The notes beneath the pieces are model-generated. The model was given only the letters and a program-made list of their open reading frames with translations, made no database searches and had not been told where the DNA came from. A stretch of 64,000 nt of DNA from Verrucomicrobiota bacterium (lineage in GTDB: Bacteria > Verrucomicrobiota > Verrucomicrobiia > Opitutales > UBA953): positions 20,761-84,760 of the forward strand of contig VHCL01000005.1 in assembly GCA_016871725.1 (NCBI GenBank), written 5' to 3'. The translations under genes and the position numbers were made by a program. Below are positions 37,815-46,903 of the stretch, piece by piece; position 1 is the first letter of the stretch, and each line of letters opens with the position of its first letter.

Positions 37815-38924
37815 ATGGGCAACATCCACGGACATAGCTTCCGCATCACCACCTTCGGCGAGAGCCACGGACCCGCCCTCGGCGTGGTCATCGACGGCTG
37901 CCCGCCCCGCGTGCCCTTCGACGCCGCGTTCCTGCGCAGCGAGCTCGCCCGCCGGCGCCCCGGCCAGAGCGCCCTCACCACGCAGCGCCAGGAAGCCGAC
38001 GCCCCCGAGGTGCTCTCCGGCGTCTCGCCCGACGGCCTCACCCTCGGCTCGCCCATCGCGATCGTCATCCGCAACGGCGACCAGCGCCCGCAGGCCTACG
38101 CCGAGATGAAGGCCGCCTACCGTCCTTCGCACGCCGACTTCACCTACGACGCGAAGTACGGCATCCGCGCCGTCGAAGGCGGCGGCCGCTCCTCCGCCCG
38201 CGAGACCGCCGCGCGCGTCGCCGCCGGCGCCGTCGCCAAGACGGTGCTCAGCCACGCCTGCGGCGCCCGCGTCATCGCCTGGGTCGAGAGCGTCGGCGAC
38301 GTCCGCATGCCCGCGGCCGCCAAGGTCCCCACGCTCAGGCAGGTCGAGGCCACGCCCACGCGCTGCCCCCACCCCGCCACCGCCGCGAAGATCGACGCGC
38401 TCATCCGCGCCGCGCGCGCCGACGGCGATTCCGTCGGCGGCGTGATCTGCTGCGTCATCGAGAACCTGCCCGCCGGGCTAGGCTCGCCGGTCTTCGACCG
38501 CTTCGAGGCCGACCTCGCCAAGGCCATGCTCTCCCTGCCCGCCACCAAGGGCTTCGAGATCGGCAGCGGCTTCGCCGGCACCGTCCTGCGCGGCAGCGCG
38601 CACAACGACGTGTTCGTCCGCAAGGGCGGCCGCATCCGCACCGCGACCAACCGCTCCGGCGGCACGCAGGGCGGGATCACCAACGGCGAGGACGTCGTCT
38701 TCCGCGTCGCCTTCAAGCCCACCGCGACCGTGCTCCGTCCGCAGAAGACGGTCGGTCCCGACGGCCGCGCCACCGAGCTCAGCGCGAAGGGCCGCCACGA
38801 CCCGTGCGTGCTGCCCCGCGCCGTGCCCATCGTCGAGGCCATGGCGGCCCTGGTCGCCGTCGACCACTGGATCCGCGACCGCGGCCAGAACGCCCCCTTC
38901 GGCCGCTGCGGACGCAAGGCATGA
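37815..38924 (+). CDS. aroC: chorismate synthase
   Basis: 369 aa with [15 protein letters not shown]-like (RPSHADF) and GRHDPCV motifs. Confidence 0.95.
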   Translation: MGNIHGHSFRITTFGESHGPALGVVIDGCPPRVPFDAAFLRSELARRRPGQSALTTQRQEADAPEVLSGVSPDGLTLGSPIAIVIRNGDQRPQAYAEMKAAYRPSHADFTYDAKYGIRAVEGGGRSSARETAARVAAGAVAKTVLSHACGARVIAWVESVGDVRMPAAAKVPTLRQVEATPTRCPHPATAAKIDALIRAARADGDSVGGVICCVIENLPAGLGSPVFDRFEADLAKAMLSLPATKGFEIGSGFAGTVLRGSAHNDVFVRKGGRIRTATNRSGGTQGGITNGEDVVFRVAFKPTATVLRPQKTVGPDGRATELSAKGRHDPCVLPRAVPIVEAMAALVAVDHWIRDRGQNAPFGRCGRKA

Positions 38925-39652
38925 CGCCGCTGGTCATCATCCTCGGGCCCGTCGGCGCCGGCCGCGCCGCCGTGACGGCCGAACTCGTCGCCCACGCCTG
39001 GCCCGAAGGCCGCAAGGTGCGCGTCCTCCGCGAGGTCCGCGAAGGCGGCGTCGCCCCCGACGCGTGGGAATTCAAGGACGGCCGCGCGATCGTGCCCGCC
39101 CCCGGCGACGAGGACGCCGCCATCCTCGTGACGCACGGCGCGCTCCACGTCGTCGACCAGATGGAGGCCCTCCACCGCGCCGTCCGCCCGATGCAGCCCG
39201 ACGCGGTCTGGCGCGTGGCCCGCATCCTCACGGTCGTCGACTGCCCGCTCGCGATGCGGCACCCGGTCGTCGAGGAATGGTACCGGCCCTGCGTGCACTT
39301 CTCCGACGCGGTCATCATCAACCGCCGCTGGGAAGTCCCCGGCCAGTGGGTGAGCAAGTTCCTCGAGCCGTACGAGAAGGAGTTCTATCCCTGCCTCTTC
39401 TTCAACCTGACGAAGGCCGGCGCGATCGGCAACCCCCCCGCGGTCATCGACGGCGAGCCGCTGCGCCTGTCGCACATCTTCGACGACATCGACGCGGTGG
39501 ACGAGATGGAGTTCGACGAGGACAACCTCCCCGACGAACCGTTCGACCTGGTGCGCCAGGTCGACAAGTACTTCGAGCGCGACGAACTCGGCCGGCGTCG
39601 CATCGTCGTGCCGGAGATCGCCGAGGCGCTCCGCCAGGAAGGGCGCGCCTGA
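38921..39652 (+). CDS. hypothetical protein, G3E/COG0523-like with degenerate P-loop
   Basis: 243 aa from [18 protein letters not shown]. The ATG overlaps the aro[15 protein letters not shown] resembles the NKxD strand of CobW-like GTPases, but both the Lys and NKxD are lost. Acidic C-terminus. Confidence 0.55.
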   Translation: MTPLVIILGPVGAGRAAVTAELVAHAWPEGRKVRVLREVREGGVAPDAWEFKDGRAIVPAPGDEDAAILVTHGALHVVDQMEALHRAVRPMQPDAVWRVARILTVVDCPLAMRHPVVEEWYRPCVHFSDAVIINRRWEVPGQWVSKFLEPYEKEFYPCLFFNLTKAGAIGNPPAVIDGEPLRLSHIFDDIDAVDEMEFDEDNLPDEPFDLVRQVDKYFERDELGRRRIVVPEIAEALRQEGRA

Positions 39653-39670
39653 CCGGCCGCCGCGGCGGGC

Positions 39671-40201
39671 TTACCGCTGCGGGCCGGGCGCCTCGCCGTC
39701 CGCGGCCTTGCGGCGCTTGGGCGCACCGTCCTTGGGCTCGCCGCCTTTCGCGCGTTCCTTCGAGAGCTCGGGACCGTACTTCTCGCCGAGGCGGCGGATG
39801 AACTCGAGCCGCTGCTCGGGCGTGAGCGCGTGGAGGCGCGCGCGCTCGGCCTTGGCTTCGTCCGGGGTGAGCCGCTTGAAGTGGTGCTCGAGGAGGCGCG
39901 AACCGAAGCCGCCGCGCTCGCGGAGCTCCTTCATGATCTTATGGCGCTCCTCGGGCGTGGCCGACTCGTAGCGGACCAGGCCCGCCGCGAACTCGCGGCG
40001 CGACTCCGGCGACATGCGCTCGATCTTCTCGATCGCCGAACGCATGCGCTGCAGGCGCTCCGGCGGCAGCTCGAGGATCCTGCGGATGGTCTGGATCTCC
40101 TCGACGGTCGGTTCGCCTTCGGGCGGACGCGACGCGGGCTGCTGGGCGCGACCGGCGACGGCGGCGAGGAGGAGCAGGAGGCTGAGCAGGGCGCGGACCA
40201 T
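39671..40201 (-). CDS. periplasmic LTXXQ-motif (Spy/CpxP-like) protein
   Basis: 176 aa with signal peptide. Helical repeats carry MSPESRRE, ATPEERHK and LTPEQRLEF. Confidence 0.55.
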   Translation of the reverse strand: MVRALLSLLLLLAAVAGRAQQPASRPPEGEPTVEEIQTIRRILELPPERLQRMRSAIEKIERMSPESRREFAAGLVRYESATPEERHKIMKELRERGGFGSRLLEHHFKRLTPDEAKAERARLHALTPEQRLEFIRRLGEKYGPELSKERAKGGEPKDGAPKRRKAADGEAPGPQR

Positions 40202-40203
40202 GG

Positions 40204-40566
40204 TCAGGAGCCCGGGGCGACGAAGGTCTCCACGAGGGCCGGACGCTCCGCCACGGGGGCGAGGAGCGAAAGGTCGTCGGCGGCGCCGAAGAGGTCGGCG
40301 AGCTGGGCCGACTCGTCGCGGGCGACGAGGGCGAAGGTCTGGCGGTTCAACGCCTCCTCGGAGGCGGCGGGCAGGGTGAACAGGGCCACGAAGACGGCGG
40401 CCGCGGCGGCGAGGGCGGAGCTCCAGCGGACGACGGCGCGCCGGCGACGGTCGGCGCGCACGGCGCCGACGACGCGTTCCGCGAACCCGGCGACGGCCAC
40501 GGCCCGGCCGCGCCGGAGCGCGGCGGCGAGCTCCTGGTCGAACGGCGTCTGTTCGGGCTTATCCAT
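40204..40566 (-). CDS. putative anti-sigma factor (single TM)
   Basis: 120 aa with a central hydrophobic helix (ALAAAAAVFVALFTL). Position directly after the ECF sigma gene. No zinc motif. Confidence 0.45.
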   Translation of the reverse strand: MDKPEQTPFDQELAAALRRGRAVAVAGFAERVVGAVRADRRRRAVVRWSSALAAAAAVFVALFTLPAASEEALNRQTFALVARDESAQLADLFGAADDLSLLAPVAERPALVETFVAPGS

Positions 40567-40614
40567 GGCTGGGTACGCCCTTGTAACACCGGGCGGGGCG
40601 GGAAGTTGCGGGGT

Positions 40615-41187
40615 TCATGCTTGGTCGTGGAAATCCTTGAGGAGCTCGCGCAGGCGGGCCCGGGCGCGGTGGATCCAGGTCTTCACCGAGGAGACGGGGG
40701 CGTCCATGATCTCGGCGATCTCCTCGTAGGGGAGCTCCTGCTGCACCACGAGCAGGATGGCGGTGCGCTGCTCGGGCGCCAGCTGCAGGATGGCGCGCTG
40801 GAAGGCTTCGTCGAGTTCGGCGACCCGCCGGGCCGAGCCCTGGGAGACGTCGCCGGGCTCGGGGGCGAACTCGAGGGCGGTGGTGGGCTTGCGCCCGCGC
40901 CGCCGCCATTCGTTGAGCACCAGGTTGCGCGCGATGTGGATCAGGTAGGTGCTGAGCTTGGCCTCGGGCCGCCAGCGGGCGGCCGCGCGGTGCAGGCGGA
41001 TGAAGACCTCCATGGCGAGCTCCTCGGCCGTCGCCTGCGAGCCGACCTCGCCCCGGAGATAACCGACCAGCCGGGCATGGTGTCGATGGACGAGCAGGCG
41101 CAGGGCGTCGTCATCGCCGCCGGCGACGAGGCCCATCAGGCGCTTGTCGTCCTCGTCGTCGGGGAGCATCGGCTCTTCCTGGGACAT
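40615..41187 (-). CDS. RNA polymerase ECF-type sigma-70 factor
   Basis: The last 190 aa of ORF 40615..41556, with region 2 (YLIHIARNLVLNEWRR) and region 4 (LPYEEIAEIMDAPVSSVKTWIHRAR). Confidence 0.85.
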   Translation of the reverse strand: MSQEEPMLPDDEDDKRLMGLVAGGDDDALRLLVHRHHARLVGYLRGEVGSQATAEELAMEVFIRLHRAAARWRPEAKLSTYLIHIARNLVLNEWRRRGRKPTTALEFAPEPGDVSQGSARRVAELDEAFQRAILQLAPEQRTAILLVVQQELPYEEIAEIMDAPVSSVKTWIHRARARLRELLKDFHDQA

Positions 41188-41216
41188 CGGGATGGAACTC
41201 CGGAAAGGAGCGGGAG

Positions 41217-42152
41217 TTACGCGTCCCGGGGACGCAGGGCGAAGGTGCGGAGCGTCCGCAGCAGGAACTGCTCGAAGGCGGCCAGCACCTGGTAGTTCAG
41301 CTCCATGCGCCGGCGGGCGTCCTCCAGATGACCCACCGCCTCGGCGACCTGGCCGGCGCAGCCGGGATGGGCCCGGCCGACGAGCCGGAGCTTCTCCTCG
41401 ACCGAGACGAGCATGCGGGCGCGCACGCCGCGGCGGACGGACTCCTCGTAGGCGACTTCGGCGTCCTCCTCGTCCTCGTCGGTGGGCGGGGGCGGCGGGG
41501 CGGCCTCGAGGGCCTCCTCGACGAAGAGCTCGAGCAGCGCCTCGAACCGGGCGCACAGGGCGTAGAGCGGGATGAAGACCTCGGAGACGCGCGCCTGCGG
41601 GGAGGCCGGGCCTTTCGCCATGCGCGTGAGCAGTCGCTCCATCTCGCGCAGCCAGTCCTGCCAGGAGGGGTCGGCGATCGCCGGCGCCTCGCCCCCCACG
41701 TGGAAGCGGAGGCAGCGGCTGAGGATCGTCGGGAGCACGCGGTAGTAATGCGTCGTCTGCAGGATGATGAGCGTGCCGGGCGGCGGCTCCTCCAGCGTCT
41801 TGAGGAACGCGTTGGCGGATTCGGACAGGAAGCGGTCGGGTTCGTTGACGATGACGACGCGGCGGGGCGTGAGCGAGGAGAGGCGCAGCGCGGCGACGAC
41901 CTCGAGGACGTTCTCGATGACGATGCGGCGCGACTTCTTCGCCGGGCGCAGCACGCGGCAGTCGGGGTGCGCCAGCGGGTCGGCCTCGCCGAGGTGCAGC
42001 GCGGCGAGCTGCTCGGCCGCGCGGGCGAGCACGGCGCCGTCGTTGCCGGTCAGGAGCACCGCGTGCGGCATGCGGCCCTCGGCGCGGGCGCGCGCGAGCA
42101 CCTTGAGCACCGGCAGGTCGGCGACGTCAGCGGAAGCGGCGGACGACTTCAT
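41217..42152 (-). CDS. holB: DNA polymerase III subunit delta-prime
   Basis: 311 aa with HAVLLTG, NAFLKTLEEPP and ILSRC motifs. Confidence 0.8.
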   Translation of the reverse strand: MKSSAASADVADLPVLKVLARARAEGRMPHAVLLTGNDGAVLARAAEQLAALHLGEADPLAHPDCRVLRPAKKSRRIVIENVLEVVAALRLSSLTPRRVVIVNEPDRFLSESANAFLKTLEEPPPGTLIILQTTHYYRVLPTILSRCLRFHVGGEAPAIADPSWQDWLREMERLLTRMAKGPASPQARVSEVFIPLYALCARFEALLELFVEEALEAAPPPPPTDEDEEDAEVAYEESVRRGVRARMLVSVEEKLRLVGRAHPGCAGQVAEAVGHLEDARRRMELNYQVLAAFEQFLLRTLRTFALRPRDA

Positions 42153-42786
42153 GCCAGATCTCCTCCTCGATGGCCTCGGGCGGACGCGCGGCGTCCACGA
42201 CGAAGAAACGCCCGGCCTCCTCGCGGGCGAGCGTGTGGTAGAGTTCGCGGACGCGGCGATGGAAGGCGTCGCCGAGCAGTTCGAAACGGTCCGCCTGGCC
42301 TTGGTCCCGCTCGGCGGCGCGGCCGAGGCCGCGTCCGGGATCGAGGTCGAGCAGGATGGTCAGGTCCGGCCGCACGGGGCCGCAGGCGAGCCGGTTCGCG
42401 GCTTCGATCAGGGAGCGGTCCAGGCCGCGGCCGCCCGCCTGGTAGGCGACGGTCGAATCGATGAACCGGTCGCAGACGACGACCTGCCCGGCGGCGAGGG
42501 CGGGCGCGATGACGTCCGCCACGAGCTGCGCGCGGCAGGAGGCGAAGAGCAGGGCTTCGGCCGCCGGCGCCAGCGCGGTGTCCGGCTGCTTCAGGACGTC
42601 GCGCATGCGCTCGCCGAAGGGCGTGCCCCCGGGCTCCCGGAGGCCGAGCACGGTCGCCCCGTCCGCGCGGAGACGCGCCGCGAGCCGGGCGAGCTGCGTG
42701 GACTTGCCCGCGCCCTCCCCGCCTTCGAACGTGATGAATCTGCCCGCGATCGGCATCCGCCTCAAGATGCCCTCCGCGCCCTCCAA
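42127..42786 (-). CDS. tmk: thymidylate kinase
   Basis: FITFEGGEGAGKSTQ P-loop, REPGGT and DRF motifs. The start may be the internal MPIAGR Met at 42756. Confidence 0.9.
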   Translation of the reverse strand: MEGAEGILRRMPIAGRFITFEGGEGAGKSTQLARLAARLRADGATVLGLREPGGTPFGERMRDVLKQPDTALAPAAEALLFASCRAQLVADVIAPALAAGQVVVCDRFIDSTVAYQAGGRGLDRSLIEAANRLACGPVRPDLTILLDLDPGRGLGRAAERDQGQADRFELLGDAFHRRVRELYHTLAREEAGRFFVVDAARPPEAIEEEIWHEVVRRFR

Positions 42787-42860
42787 AGCGAGCGAGGAAT
42801 GGCGAGGAAAGAAAGGCCCGGCGGATGCCGGGCCTCGGTGCGGAAGCCGACGGCCGACGC

Positions 42861-43943
42861 TCAGCCGCCGGTGCCGGAGGGATCGAGCTGCTTCTGCTCG
42901 ACGGAGCGGTTCACGTTGTCGGTGATCTTCTTCAGGTTCTCGTCCATGGTAGTACCGCCGCCGCCGTTGCTAGAGGAAAGCGGGGCGCCCGGGGCGCCGG
43001 CCTTGCTCTCGGCGACCTTGACGTCGGTGACCTGGCTGTCGGTGATGACCTGACCGAAGGCCTTCGCGGGCTCGGTGGCGCCGTTCGGGAAGATCGCGGC
43101 GAGGGTGGGCGCGGTCTGCGCCATCGCGTTGATGGTCGAGGAGACCTCGGCCGGCAGCGTGGAGGCGGCGACGAGGGTGGCGGAGATCTCCGCGAGTTCT
43201 TCGGCCGGGATCGGGAAGAGCAGGACCTTGACGGGCGCGACGGCGGCGGCGACGACCGCGGGCGCCGGGACCGGGGCCGGGGCGCCGGCCGGAGCCCCGA
43301 CAGCGCGCGCGAGGTTGCTGATCAGCGCGGCGGAAGGCACGGAGCTGGCGGTCTGCATGCCGGGGTCGACGGTCACGGGGCCGGCGTTGGAGCTGTAGAC
43401 GACGGTCTCGACGGAACCGCGGACGCAGGAGACGACGACCTTGCCGACGCCGTCGGGGCCGACGCGGTATTCGACCGCGAAGACGGTGCCGCGGATACGG
43501 ACGAGGCCGGCGGGGGTCTTGACGGTGAAGGTGGAGAGCGCGTTGAGCTTGCGGACCTCGCCGATGATCTTGCCGCGCGGCACTTCGACCTCGGTCACGG
43601 AGGGGCTCGGGTCCTTCTCGATCTGGCGGTAAGGATCGGTGATGCCGGCGGAAGGCACCTGGCGGAAAGTACGCAGTTCGAGCAGCGTGCTCGGGGTCAG
43701 CACCAGCGAGGCTCCGTTGGAGAACACGAGTTCGGCCGTCGAGTCGACGCCGGTCTCGACGCGCGCGCCTTCCTGGAAGACGGCGCCGGTGGTGAGCGGC
43801 TTGCGCTGCGACTTGGCGTCGATGATCGTCACGTTGCCCGAGATCTTGCCGACCTGGACCTTGCCGGTCTGCAAGGCGGCCGAAGACAGGATCGGCAGGA
43901 ACGCAAGGGAGACCATTCCTAGGTGCTTGAGAAAGGAAATCAT
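42861..43943 (-). CDS. FecR domain-containing secreted protein
   Basis: 360 aa from MISFLKHL with signal peptide. FecR-like beta region (GAVFQEGARVETGVDSTAELVFSNGASLVL) and an Ala/Pro-rich C-terminal half. Start trimmed from ORF 42861..44222. Confidence 0.6.
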   Translation of the reverse strand: MISFLKHLGMVSLAFLPILSSAALQTGKVQVGKISGNVTIIDAKSQRKPLTTGAVFQEGARVETGVDSTAELVFSNGASLVLTPSTLLELRTFRQVPSAGITDPYRQIEKDPSPSVTEVEVPRGKIIGEVRKLNALSTFTVKTPAGLVRIRGTVFAVEYRVGPDGVGKVVVSCVRGSVETVVYSSNAGPVTVDPGMQTASSVPSAALISNLARAVGAPAGAPAPVPAPAVVAAAVAPVKVLLFPIPAEELAEISATLVAASTLPAEVSSTINAMAQTAPTLAAIFPNGATEPAKAFGQVITDSQVTDVKVAESKAGAPGAPLSSSNGGGGTTMDENLKKITDNVNRSVEQKQLDPSGTGG

Positions 43944-44000
43944 GAGGAGACTGCGGGGAAACCTCAGCCTAGGCTCGGCCCGGGGGGAGGCAACCCCTTT

Positions 44001-44030
44001 AAAAGGAAAAGACCCCCGGCGACGGGGGTC
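44001..44030 (-). terminator. Rho-independent terminator after pfk
   Basis: GACCCCCG-GCGA-CGGGGGTC at 44011-44030. On the minus strand it is followed by TTTTCCTTTT (44001-44010). Confidence 0.7.
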
Positions 44031-44056
44031 TTTATTCACGGTCCGGACGACCCGGC

Positions 44057-45358
44057 TCAGGCCGTGACGTACTTCTCGAGACGGCGCTGGACGGCGATAG
44101 CCGAGAGCTGGGCGTACTTCGGAAGGCCTTGATCGTAAGGGAGTTGCATCTCGCCTTGGATGAGCGGGAGGGCGTAGCGCACGAAGTCGGGGTGGACCGA
44201 CATCTTGTCTTCGCCGATCCACTTCTCCGGGAAAGCCTTCACGCCGTTGGCGATCTGGTCGAGCGGGGCGAGCAGGGTCTGGACCGCGTAGGTCTCCTTC
44301 TCGGAGCGGGTCAGGATCACCATCTTGCCGGACTCGCCTTCGAGGGCGGCCTTCACCGCGGCGGCGCCGCAGAGCTCGGCTTCGTCGACGTCGGTCTTCG
44401 AGGCGTTATGGGAAGCGGCGCGCTGGGTGATGCCGAGCTTGGAGGAGCGGGCCTTGACGCCGTCGAAGCGGGACTCGACGAGCGTGCGCAGGTATTCGCC
44501 GGCGCCGCCGAGGACGGCGTGGCCGAAGGCGTCGGTGCTGGAGGTGTCGGCGCCGAGGTAGTTGCCGGTGGCGTCCTGGACGCCTTCGGAGACGACGACG
44601 AAGCAGTGGCCGTTGCTCTTGAGGACTTCCTCGACGCGGCGGATGAAGGCGTCGGCGTTGAAGGCGACTTCCGGCAGGAGCACGATGTGCGGGGCGGCGC
44701 AGGAGTAGTGGGTGTTCTTGACGGCCTTGTCGTCGTTCTTGTCGCGGCGCTGGGCCAGGACGGACGAAGCGGCGAGCCAGCCGGCGTTGCGGCCCATGAC
44801 CTCGAGGATGGAGACGAAGTCGTTCTGGCCCATGGCGGCGTTGTCGAGGGCGGTCTCGCGGATGGTCACGCCGATGTGCTTGGCGACGGAGCCGTAGCCG
44901 GGGCAGTGGTCGGTGAGCGGCAGGTCGTTGTCGATCGTCTTGGGCACGCCGACGACGCGGAGCTCGTAGCCGCGCTCCTTGGCGAGGGCGTCGATCTTGG
45001 CGGCGGTGTCCTGGGAGTCGTTGCCGCCGATGTAGTGGAAGTAACGGATGTTGTGGGCTTCGAAGACCTGCAGGATGCGGTCGAAGTCCTCGGCCTTCTT
45101 CACCTTGTAGCGGCAGGTGCCGAGGGCGGCGCCGGGGGTGTGGCGGAGGGCGCGGAGGGTCTGCTGGGATTCGGCCGCGAGGTCGACGAGCTGCTCATGG
45201 AGCACGCCCTGGATGCCGTTGAGGCCGCCGTAGATCTCGACGATCTCGTCCTCGTGCTTGAGGGCTTCGGAGATCACCCCGGCGAGGCTGGCGTTGATGA
45301 CCGGGGTCGGACCGCCGCTCTGCGCGACGAGAAGATTGCCAATGAGGGGAGAAGACAT
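44057..45358 (-). CDS. 6-phosphofructokinase, family A (possibly PPi-dependent)
   Basis: 433 aa with SGGPTPVINAS, IGGNDS and PKTIDNDL motifs. Confidence 0.85.
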   Translation of the reverse strand: MSSPLIGNLLVAQSGGPTPVINASLAGVISEALKHEDEIVEIYGGLNGIQGVLHEQLVDLAAESQQTLRALRHTPGAALGTCRYKVKKAEDFDRILQVFEAHNIRYFHYIGGNDSQDTAAKIDALAKERGYELRVVGVPKTIDNDLPLTDHCPGYGSVAKHIGVTIRETALDNAAMGQNDFVSILEVMGRNAGWLAASSVLAQRRDKNDDKAVKNTHYSCAAPHIVLLPEVAFNADAFIRRVEEVLKSNGHCFVVVSEGVQDATGNYLGADTSSTDAFGHAVLGGAGEYLRTLVESRFDGVKARSSKLGITQRAASHNASKTDVDEAELCGAAAVKAALEGESGKMVILTRSEKETYAVQTLLAPLDQIANGVKAFPEKWIGEDKMSVHPDFVRYALPLIQGEMQLPYDQGLPKYAQLSAIAVQRRLEKYVTA

Positions 45359-45451
45359 GGGAGTGAACGAGTTGAAAAGTCGGTTGTGGGAAGCCCTCCC
45401 CCCCTTGGCAACACGGAAAACCCTCCCCGCCCCGCGCCCCCCGCGTTAGGC

Positions 45452-46882
45452 CTACAAAATGCGTCCGGCTTTGACCTGGGCCGACTCCGGCACCCGCTGG
45501 GACCACTCGGCGGCCTGACGGACGAACACGTCGACCTGCGCCCCGGCGGAACCGGTCAGTTCCCCGGCCTTGGTGACGGCGTCGAGCAGGACGGACTTGG
45601 ACAGACGGAGGCGCGCGTCGGCGGCGAGGCGGTCGACGAGGTCGTTGCGGTCGACCTTGCCGGTGCGCAGCTCCTTGGCCACGGCGACGGCGTGCTCCTT
45701 GATGGCCTCGTGGGCCTCTTCGCGGCCGGCGCCGGCCTTGACGGCTTCCATGAGGAAGGTGGTCGTGAGCAGGAACGGGAGGTAGTGGCGCGACTCGCGG
45801 TCGACGACGGGGCGGTTGACCTCCATCTGGCCGAGCACGGTGAGGAAGGCCTCGAAGAGGCCGTCGAGGGCGAGGAAGGCGTCGGGCAGGAGCACGCGGC
45901 GCACGACCGAGCACGAGACGTCGCCTTCGTTCCACTGCTCGCCGGAGAGCGAGGCGGCCATCGCGAGGTGGCCGCGCAGGATCACGTGGAAGCCGTTGAT
46001 GCGCTCGCAGGTGCGCGCGTTCATCTTGTGCGGCATGGCGGACGAGCCGACCTGGCCGGGGAGGAAGCCTTCGCTGGCGAGCTCGTGGCCGGCCATCAGG
46101 CGGAGGGTCTTGGCGAACGACGACGGGCCGGAGGCGGCGGAGACCAACGCGGCGACGACCTCCAGGTCCATCGAGCGCGGGTAGACCTGGCCGACGGCGC
46201 CGAGGGCGTGCGGGATGCCGAGGTGCGCGAGCACGCGGTCCTCGAGCCGGGCGACCTTGGCGATGTCGCCGGAGAAGAGCGTGAGCTGGTCGAGCTGCGT
46301 GCCGACGGCGCCCTTGAGGCCGCGGGCCGCGAAGGCGGCGAACGCGGCGTCGACCTGCGCGACCCCGCGGAGGCACTCCTCGCCGAACATGGCCCAGCGC
46401 TTGCCGACGGTGGTGGGCTGCGCGGCGACGTTGTGCGTGCGCGCGGCGATCAGGACGTCGCGGTCCGCCTGCGCGCGGCGGGCGAGCGCGGCGAGCGCGG
46501 CGACGCCCTTGGCGCGGACGAGCTGGAGCGAGCGGAAGACCTGCAGCTGCTCGACGGATTCGGTGAGGTCGCGGCTGGTCAGGCCCTTGTGCACGTGCTG
46601 GTGGCCGGCGAGGGCGCAGAACTCGTCGATGCGCGCCTTGACGTCGTGGCGGGTCTCCTCCTCGCGGCGGCGGATGGAATCGAAGTCGACCCGGTCCTTG
46701 ACCCGCTCGTAGGCGGCGAGCGCTTCGGCGGGGATGTCGAGGCCGAGGTCGCGCTGGGCCTTCATGACGGCGATCCAGTACTCGCGCTCGAGGACCACGC
46801 GGCCGCGGGTGGACCAGACGGCCTTCATCGCCGGGGAGGCGTAGCGGTCGGCGAGGACGTTGGGGACGTTGTCGGATTCCAT
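45452..46882 (-). CDS. purB: adenylosuccinate lyase
   Basis: 476 aa with LADRYASP N-terminus and the fumarate-lyase signature GSSAMPHKMN. Confidence 0.9.
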   Translation of the reverse strand: MESDNVPNVLADRYASPAMKAVWSTRGRVVLEREYWIAVMKAQRDLGLDIPAEALAAYERVKDRVDFDSIRRREEETRHDVKARIDEFCALAGHQHVHKGLTSRDLTESVEQLQVFRSLQLVRAKGVAALAALARRAQADRDVLIAARTHNVAAQPTTVGKRWAMFGEECLRGVAQVDAAFAAFAARGLKGAVGTQLDQLTLFSGDIAKVARLEDRVLAHLGIPHALGAVGQVYPRSMDLEVVAALVSAASGPSSFAKTLRLMAGHELASEGFLPGQVGSSAMPHKMNARTCERINGFHVILRGHLAMAASLSGEQWNEGDVSCSVVRRVLLPDAFLALDGLFEAFLTVLGQMEVNRPVVDRESRHYLPFLLTTTFLMEAVKAGAGREEAHEAIKEHAVAVAKELRTGKVDRNDLVDRLAADARLRLSKSVLLDAVTKAGELTGSAGAQVDVFVRQAAEWSQRVPESAQVKAGRIL

Positions 46883-46903
46883 CGGGATGAAAGGGCGGTT
46901 ATA

